From NCBI GenBank assembly GCA_032718475.1, contig JAUCBJ010003811.1, forward strand, positions 1 to 38,588: 38,588 nucleotides of DNA, given 5' to 3'. Positions 1 to 7,274 of this stretch are shown piece by piece (position 1 is the first letter of the stretch; each line of letters opens with the position of its first letter). The notes beneath the pieces are model-generated. The model saw only the letters and a list, made by a program, of their open reading frames with translations. It had not been told where the DNA came from and ran no database searches. Source of the DNA: Nemertoderma westbladi (Eukaryota; Animalia; Xenacoelomorpha). The translations under genes and the position numbers were made by a program.

Positions 1-89
1 AACCAAAAGACATATAAATTTTGGCAGGTTAAACTGCTAAAGGTCTTCAAAAGCGCGTACAACCCCCCCCTTAAATTATTATCCTAGAT

Positions 90-891
90 AATAGCTGGAT
101 CTCATTAAGGGGGGGGGGGGGGGGGCAGCTGCCGGGGGCCCGTAAGTTGGAAGGGGCCCGCAAGTTGGGAGAAATTTACCGAACATTATCTCACTGATAA
201 AACAACCTCATTTATTTATTAATTTCTGGCTGTTCAATAAATATTTAGAGTATATCTCACATATAGCACCATTCAGAGCACAGTCTCCCATAGATTGTTT
301 AAATTGTTTTAAAAAATGTTGAAAGTGTAAAGTAATGCTCAAAGGAAAACGTTAGCAAAAGGGTCGATTTAAAATAACAGTAAATTATTACTGTATTACA
401 ATTAACATTTAATTTACTTTTCAATTAGATGTATCTGAATTCATTCACGAGTTCCGTATAGTCACAAGGCTAGGGAATTGCTTTTTTTAAGTAATTGTTG
501 TGTCTAATTTATTGATATACCAATATAGTCGTTCCTAATATAGAATTGATGTCTTTTGGATGGTGTCATTTTAGGAAAAAATTATTATTATTTATAATAA
601 AGGACTATTATTCAATAAAAAATGAAAACGGAAATCACCGCTTTTTTCACTGATTTTCAATTTAGCGAAATTAAACTATTCTGTCCAGTGTTTTCCGTTA
701 CGTTTCTATATTGAATATATTGTATTATTGGAGAAAAATATCATCACCGTTACTTATTTTTACCAACGGGGCTTTCCTCTCAACATTTTTTGTAATTGGT
801 TTTCATGGGGGGGGGGGGGGGGGGGGGGCTATGGGGCTATGGGCCCGTAATTTGCGACTGCCGGGCGCCCGAAAATCCATAATCCGTCTCT
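90..891. mobile_element. Possible degenerate non-autonomous DNA transposon
   Basis: Two GC-rich blocks (108-170 and 807-891), each a long G run plus GGGCCCGTAA and CTGCCGGG-x-GCCCG in direct orientation, flank an AT-rich core. The right end TAATCCGTCTCTG resembles hAT-type MITE termini; the left TIR and a TSD are not clearly visible. Confidence 0.3.
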
Positions 892-1050
892 GGGTTGCTC
901 GGTTTATTCAAGTCGGTTTATTGATGACACAATATTACCTACATTGACATATTGACAATATTGACATTACTAATGTGTCACCCTGAAGCAAAGAACAAAT
1001 ATTAATTCCTGACAGATGAGGGAAAATCTTTAAATTATGGCATTTTATGT

Positions 1051-1333
1051 CACCACCAAAAGCCAGATAGGGGGGGGGGGGGGGGGGGGGGACTAGACGC
1101 AATAAAAATTCATCCATATCCAGGGGAAATTCGACGCAAATAACAGCTGATTACTCTCAAAAATAAAACTGTAACCTGTTCTATAGTGTTTAGTTTATTG
1201 TTTTGGTTAAAATAACGTTCCACTGTAACCTGCTCCTTTCTCTAAATTGAGAATTTAACATTGAGGCGGGATATTAATTCGCCAAGGCGGGTTTTGCGTC
1301 GAGTTTCCCCCCCTGTCTCCCGAGAAAGCAGTG
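1051..1333 (+). mobile_element. MITE-like dispersed repeat, copy 1
   Basis: Core CCAGGGGAAATTCGACGCAAATAACAGCTGATTACTC...CTGTAACCTGCTCCTTTC is shared with 5610-5740 and, reverse-complemented, with 30365-30640. Internal inverted pair GGGGAAATTCGACGCAAA / TTTGCGTCGAGTTTCCCC, with G-run and C-run ends. Confidence 0.7.
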
Positions 1334-1650
1334 CTTCAGCCTCACTCTACACTCATATTACAAGGATTTTCAAACATAATTAAAGTCAGCTACTGTAGCA
1401 TTATTAACTCAACGAGGAAAGATGGCACAAATCCCCACCCCTCATCTCATCTAATCAATACAAACACAATAGACTCTCGGCCAATCAATAACAACCAACA
1501 GCTACTACATCTGCTGCCCACTATTCCAAATACCATGAGTGGTGGAGGGAATTTCACAAGACATCCAAAACTTATTTGTATTGGTGTACTCGTCATTCAT
1601 ATTGCTTTATTCAGTTGGTCAATATAGAAGGCGAGTAATTGATTCTCACT

Positions 1651-1746
1651 ATGGCGACCGAGAGGCAACACGTTAGGTACAATCCACTGCGGGATTCCTG
1701 GGTACTTGTATGCCCAAACCGATGCCAACGCCCATGGAAAGGCCAG
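1651..1746 (+). CDS. GALT: GALT exon 1 (galactose-1-phosphate uridylyltransferase; CDS join 1651..1746,2935..3477,3688..4233, 394 aa)
   Basis: Translates as MATERQHVRYNPLRDSWVLVCPNRCQRPWKGQ, matching the GalT N-terminal motif H-x-RYNPL-x-x-x-WVLV-x-x-x-R-x-x-RPW-x-GQ. In-frame TAA at 1636-1638 lies upstream of the ATG. Donor CAG|GTAAT at 1747, phase 0. Not in the ORF track. Confidence 0.93.
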
Positions 1747-2421
1747 GTAATACCACGGTATATCACTTATATAAACACAATAATAGCTTAATAAACCTAT
1801 TGTACTGGCTTTCAGGAAGGCTGCTGCTGCACTGCAGCCCTGCTACTTGTATCAGACAATCAGTAACGTTGAATGTCAGTTTTGTACACTGATGCTACAG
1901 TAGTTCCATATGATACCAGGTAGCATTATTGGCTGATGATTGCTGTTGTGATACTGCCGCCATTAATGTAGGATGCTGCTGCCAGCCATCACTTACTGTT
2001 CTCTTGAACATGAACACTGATGCTTTCTGCTATCAACTATCACGATATTGAAATGACAGAGCAACTTAGTATTATGAGTATAAGTAAAATAATAAGGTTA
2101 TTCGGCCAAAAATGTAAAAAAATATAAAGTTGTCTTTGTCAGGGATTACGCACAAAGTCTGAAGACATTCTATTGCGGTCCCGCCAGAATTATACTCCCC
2201 AGAGTAAAACTCGTACTCATTTAGCTACCATTTAAGTATGGTAGGGCATACTTAACCACGGCGCGCGGTGCCGAAACGAAAACAAAATAGCGATAACAAT
2301 AACAATATAACGAGTACAAAATAACAACTTCTGTACAATATATAAACATATCTCATGTAGGTAAGTATACCTCCCCCCCAAGAAGGGTCCACTCCAACCA
2401 GTTACAGCATAACAACAAAAT

Positions 2422-2828
2422 AATAAATTGTTGCTGCAAGTATTCAAATTCCATTTCAATCACATATACCGCAATATAAATCGATAATTAGACAAGATTT
2501 AGCTATTAATTTCAACCCTCTAGGGCTCTTTTTAGACAAATTAAAAAAAAACACACAAAGTAAACACTCTAAAATGTACAGGCCTAAAAAAGCTAAGCAG
2601 GCAGTGGATAAATACACTTAATACCTAAGTGTATTTATCCAGTGCCTACTTCGCTTTTTAGGCCCGTACGTACATTTTAGATTGTTTATTTGTGTTTATC
2701 TTAATTTTGCCTGAAGAGGGCCCTAGAGGGTTTAAATTAATAGCTATATGTTGTCTAATTATCGATTTATATTAATTGCAGTATATGTGATTGAAATGGA
2801 ATTTGAATATTTGCTGCACGAATTTATT
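2422..2828. mobile_element. Foldback / hairpin MITE in GALT intron 1
   Basis: Two imperfect inverted arms of about 200 bp around a 5-nt loop (ATACC, 2621-2625). Inner stem TGGATAAATACACTTA / TAAGTGTATTTATCCA; outer stem TATTCAAATTCCATTTCAATCACATATAC / GTATATGTGATTGAAATGGAATTTGAATA. Confidence 0.8.
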
Positions 2829-2934
2829 CATGAAGTATAATCATGAGGCCATCCCGGTCTTTTAATATTTCATTGTTGGCATAATATAACGCGTCTCCAA
2901 AATAACTGCTGACTAATCAAATTATTTTGTTTAG

Positions 2935-3477
2935 ATCGAACTGGATCATTCAAACACTACAAAAGAATATCCCAAAGATGACATGGCCAAAGGAACTTTG
3001 AATACCACAAAGCCGACCAGCCCTTTATCCCCAGGTGATGAGGTCACCAACCCATTACCCCCAGATGATGACGTCACCAGCTCACTATCCCCAGGTGGTG
3101 ACGTCACCAACCCATTATCACCTGGGGCGATCCGCGGTAACGGCGACCGTAACCCTGACTACAGCGGCGTCTACTCCTTCATAAACGATTTTCCCGCCCT
3201 CGAGCCACTAATTGATACGCCATCTACCGGTCGGAGTAGCGACGGAGAAGGGAATTCCTTGTTCCGAAAGGCGTCGGCAGAGGGAGAATGCCGCGTACTG
3301 TGTTTACATCCGCGGTGCGACGTAACCTTGGCGACGATGACGTCACAGGAAGTGCTCAATGTGGTGGATCAATGGGTGGAGGCGTCTGATGATTTGGGGA
3401 AACGATACGATTGGGTGCAAATATTTGAGAATCGCGGCGAGATGATGGGCAGTTCGAACCCGCATCCACATTGTCAG
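2935..3477 (+). CDS. GALT: GALT exon 2 (contains the catalytic HPH motif)
   Basis: Acceptor TTTTGTTTAG|ATC with a branch-like CTGACTAAT upstream. In frame with ORF 2983..3492. Encodes NPLSPGAIRGNG, NDFPAL and WVQIFENRGEMMGSSNPHPHCQ. Donor CAG|GTACG at 3478, phase 0. Confidence 0.95.
3016..3135 (+). repeat. In-frame 30-bp tandem repeat x4 within GALT exon 2
   Basis: Units start at 3016, 3046, 3076 and 3106 and encode TSPLSPGDEV / TNPLPPDDDV / TSSLSPGGDV / TNPLSPGAIR. Confidence 0.9.
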
Positions 3478-3687
3478 GTACGAGTCCCGTAAATAAGACC
3501 CACAAACGGATGACCCACCCACACATTCTTTGCTACTACCTTTGCTAATAATACATAGCCTTACGTGTGGTGTGTATCTGTGACTAAAATTACAAGTGTG
3601 CTAATTTTATATAATGGAGTATATAATGCTTTAAAAAAGGCCAACATGTATAAAATTAAAATTTTTCAATTTTAAATATTTCCACAG

Positions 3688-4233
3688 ATATGGGCGAGTA
3701 ACTATGGGGGTAACGAGGGACTCCAGTTACTTCCTAGCGAGGCCGACATGGAACACAGAAATCAACGGGAATTCTGGAATCGCCATGGGAAACCGATGCT
3801 GATTGGTTACTTAGAGCAGGAAAGGGAAAAAGGCGAGAGAGTTGTTATAAACACTCCCTATTGGATGGTTGTAGTTCCTTATTGGGCAACGTGGCCCTTT
3901 GAAACCATGGTGATAGCTGTTAGACATGTCGAAAGGATAACGGAATTGAATGAGGAGGAGCGAAAGGATTTGGCGGCGGTGATTCAAACTTTACTGGTAA
4001 AATATAATAAATTATTCGATTCGGCAATGCCTTACTCCATGGGCTGGCACGGAGCCCCCACTGGATCCTACATCGACGCAGACTGTCGCCATTGGCAACT
4101 ACACGCCCATTACTACCCACCGCTGCTGCGTTCAGCGACAGTTAAGAAGCACATGGTCGGATATGAGATGTTGGCGATGGCGCAACGTGACGTCACTGTA
4201 GAAATGGCGGCAGAACGACTGCGAAAACTGTAG
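3688..4233 (+). CDS. GALT: GALT exon 3 (C-terminal domain)
   Basis: Acceptor TTTCCACAG|ATA TGG GCG gives IWAS continuing from HPHCQ. In frame with ORF 3748..4233. Encodes VVPYWATWPFET, PYSMGWHGAP, WQLHAHYYPPLLRSATVKK and VGYEMLAMAQRD. Stop TAG, with AATAAA at 4245-4250. Confidence 0.96.
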   Translation: MWASNYGGNEGLQLLPSEADMEHRNQREFWNRHGKPMLIGYLEQEREKGERVVINTPYWMVVVPYWATWPFETMVIAVRHVERITELNEEERKDLAAVIQTLLVKYNKLFDSAMPYSMGWHGAPTGSYIDADCRHWQLHAHYYPPLLRSATVKKHMVGYEMLAMAQRDVTVEMAAERLRKL

Positions 4234-4244
4234 AACTTAATACT

Positions 4245-4331
4245 AATAAAACGGGATAGAATAGTTTACTAAAATAAAGATGAGTTGAATTTGTGAACTT
4301 AGGGTGGTGACTGGTGGTCGGGAATAATAAA
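4245..4331 (+). terminator. Candidate GALT polyadenylation signals
   Basis: AATAAA at 4245, about 4273 and about 4326, shortly after the stop codon. The background is AT-rich, so the signal in use cannot be identified. Confidence 0.4.
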
Positions 4332-4366
4332 ACAAAGGTTCGTAGTGATTCATTTTTTGATAGGGA

Positions 4367-4434
4367 AAATATGTGATTGAGTGTGTATATATAAGTGATT
4401 GAGTGTGTAAATAAAAGTGATTGAGTGTGGAAAT
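4367..4434 (+). repeat. 22-bp minisatellite, block 1 (about 3 units)
   Basis: Unit AAATAAAAGTGATTGAGTGTG(T/G), same as block 2. Confidence 0.85.
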
Positions 4435-4840
4435 GGCCAGTATTAGTTGACAGAAGGAGATACGCAATGCGTATCCCATTGCGCCTCATAATAGCCGCTC
4501 GTCAACAAGTCAACCCCACCGACTAGCGGCACTGGCTGTTTCAGCTGACGGGCGGGGCTCTGTCGAAAAACGCGTCCCTGATATAGTAAGGGCCCTCTTT
4601 TGAGGAGCAATATTATTATTGCCGCGGAACTGCTTCTACTCTAGGCCAGACCTAGCCTATAGGGGCTGTTGCGCTGTTAGTCAGAGAGGTAACATCCCAT
4701 GGGGTAAGGATTTACCCATGGGGCGCTAACTATCAGATAGTCTGATACCAACTGTCAGACAGTCTTTTTCAACTATCAGATAGATGATCGCCCAGTTACA
4801 AGTTGCCCTCAGTTGTATTTTTTAAACCCCGAGTGTTGTT

Positions 4841-5262
4841 GACGGAGTCTGTTACTTCCGAAATCGTTGATCGTGGTGCCGGTGCCGGAATTCTGGCTTT
4901 GATTAAAAACACTGAACTGCTGAACGATGGCGGAATCTACGAAACCCGGCCGGATTCTTAATCCGAGGAGGCGACAGAGTCAATTAAACGTAAACAATGA
5001 AACGATCCCGATGGACAATGGAGTATATTCAATGTATCCAGAACGATACGATGGCGACGGAGTCTATTGCAGTATTAAACACGCAACCAAAGTGATCAGA
5101 TGATGGCGAAGTAATCTACAAAACAGAGAACGACAGGAAGGCGATTTCTAAGTTTATTAAACCCAGTAAGATGTGCATAGCGAAGCGATCGAGACGGATA
5201 ACGGAGTCTATTACAGTATTAAACCCTGAACGAAGACGGTGGAATCTATAGGCCTAAACCTG
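4841..5262 (+). repeat. Degenerate short repeats (GAYGGNGGARTCTA-like)
   Basis: Related motifs at about 4841, 4926, 5014, 5050, 5102, 5197 and 5235. ACGGAGTCTATT(G/A)CAGTATTAAAC occurs twice. Confidence 0.5.
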
Positions 5263-5607
5263 GAACAATGCGAACAAGGCTACTGTCATCAGACTCTAAA
5301 GTTAGACTAGACTGGTTTGTGAGATTAACTTGCCAATACTAACTCAATACAATTTGCTTTCTTCGAATTCCTAATAATATATTTTTATCTTAATAATAAT
5401 TATTCAACATCAATTCAGCAATTATTTTATAAGTCTTGTCAATGTATAAGATTGCTAAAGACTAAAGAGCTAACTTTAGGATAATCTGCCTTATATTTTT
5501 AGAATTATTATAATTAATTTTGTTATGTTTATAATGAATTGTATCTTTTGACAGACTACTTGATGCGCGACCGTGATAATAAAATTAAATGGTGCCGAAA
5601 TATTTTC

Positions 5608-5738
5608 ACTTAACTGCAGGTGGGGGGGGGGGGGGGGGGGGCGCAATCAATATTCTTCCCTCTCCAGGCTACCAGGTGAAAATCGACGCAAATAACAGCT
5701 TGTTTACTACTAAAATGAAACTGCATCCTGTTCTATAG
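5608..5738 (+). mobile_element. MITE-like dispersed repeat, copy 2 (partial)
   Basis: G run followed by GCGCAATCAATATTCTTCC...CCAGGTGAAAATCGACGCAAATAACAGCT...CCTGTTCTATAG, homologous to copies 1 and 3. Confidence 0.65.
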
Positions 5739-6270
5739 GAAAAAACATTATAGGGAAAATTTTAGCAAGTTTTGTTTATTTTAGCCGATAGACAAGATTA
5801 CATGTTTATCAAGTTTGATATAATTTAGTCAAAGATTGAATGAGTTACGATTTTAAATTATCAGTGGAGGGTGAAGGCGGCGGGCCAGGATTCAGTTATA
5901 CTTGAATAAAGAATAGTGATTAAACCAAGCAGCCAAGGGATACGCGATATATGACACTGCTGTATAAGTTCATTAAATGACTGTTGATTTCGAAACATTT
6001 AATTCAAAACTATATATATGTTAATATAATTTTGAATTTTTTTTTGTAATAATTAACAGATAAATTAAATTTTATTAATTTATTTTTTTATCGAGTCATA
6101 TTATTAAATAACGAAGCACAGAAATAATACTAAGATTGAATGAATATTGAATTGAAGGTGGAGTACCGAATTGAATATTTGAGATTGCATAAGATAGAGT
6201 ATTGAATATATCTTCGGCCGTCATCCCGTTGGTGACTCCATTTGTAACCATTTCGATTGGTTTCGGCTCT

Positions 6271-6600
6271 TCAGTCCCCGAATAGACCGATGGTCGGCGT
6301 TATTGCTGTCCCCATGACTGAGGCTGCATTACCAACCAAAATTGCCATCTCCAGGTGCTGGAGCAGAAACTGGTGTGACCGCGGTTCGTGGGTGGCACTG
6401 TGGAGACGAGCCCCGATCTCCCGAAGGAAGGTGGATGTCTCTGGACCGGGGTGGCCAAAGGTCTCAAAGGCCACAGGGTGAAAGAAATGGCCCCGGTCCG
6501 TTAGGTCGCGATACTTAGAGTTTTTAATGCGCTCCGCCCCCTCAACTGAGTGCCCCCCGACAATGATGGTTTGTTGAAGGTGGCTGGGGGCCAGTGCATC
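6271..6600 (-). mobile_element. 5'-truncated non-LTR retrotransposon, C-terminal restriction-like endonuclease region (CRE-clade-like)
   Basis: Uninterrupted frame of 109 codons: DALAPSHL...AERIKNSKYRDL...FFHPVAFETFGHPG...FLREIGARL...FLLQHLEMAILVGNAASVMGT. This matches the CRE-like pattern D-x-LAPS-x-L...AE-x-x-K-x-x-KY...F-x-P-x-A-x-ET-x-G...AI-x-x-GNAASV-x-GT. No RT domain in the window. Confidence 0.8.
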
Positions 6601-7087
6601 TAGTAATAATTATCACAAATATATGATTAGGTAGGCCTACGTGATATTAGTTTCTCAAACCAAAGCTATCCATCCATTGACGACCAAATATATCCAATTT
6701 CTCAATCCATACTAATCAGTATGTGTACACTGTTCTGCAATAATGTCAATGTCCAACCAAACAATGCGTTGAGTGTTATCGGACCAGCCTCCGAGAAATG
6801 TTAGGCTAACGGCACCTCACTCCGTCGCATCAGTTTTTGTAGTGGTCTAGTTCCAGGCTACCAGAATCCGTTAGTGGATGATATAGAATCAGCACATCCT
6901 GACATCTGTGCAACTCATGAACTCAGGCGATCATTTTCTAAGTCATCAAACAGTCTTGCAATGTAATAAATCTGCCCAATATCTCATTGAACCGGAAGGA
7001 CGCCCCTGGCAAACACCATAAATCAAAGTTAAAAGTAAACATTATCTCTCCTTCACAGACTTTATGTCTTCAATATACTACCCAGAG

Positions 7088-7274
7088 ATAAAGTGATTGA
7101 GTGTGGAAATAAAAGTGATTGAGTGTGTAAATAAAAGTGATTGAGTGTGTAAATAAAAATGATTGAGTGTGGAAATAAAAGTGATTGAGTGTGTAAATAA
7201 AAGTGATTGAGTGTGTAAATAAAAGTGATTGAGTGTTGAATTAAAAGTGATTGAGTGTGTAAATATAAGTGATT
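7088..7274 (+). repeat. 22-bp minisatellite, block 2 (about 8.5 units)
   Basis: Tandem AAATAAAAGTGATTGAGTGTG(T/G), abutting the large satellite at 7275. Confidence 0.95.

Noticed and set aside
711-2459. Short ORFs at 711, 935, 1331, 1710 and 2232
   Set aside because: No recognisable domains. They overlap G runs, MITEs or intron sequence, and ORF 1710 is an alternative frame of GALT exon 1 running into the intron.
3710-3726. GTAACGAGGGACTCCAG as a micro-intron explaining the GALT 8-aa insertion
   Set aside because: At 17 nt it is too short for typical splicing, and its removal would shift the frame.
2983-4233. ORFs 2983..3492 and 3748..4233 as two genes or a split pseudogene
   Set aside because: Canonical phase-0 GT-AG junctions join them, with exon 1 at 1651, into one intact GALT frame.
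3171-6481. ORFs 3171, 3920, 4193, 4243 (-) and 6257 (+)
   Set aside because: Antisense shadows of GALT, the minisatellite or the CRE fragment.
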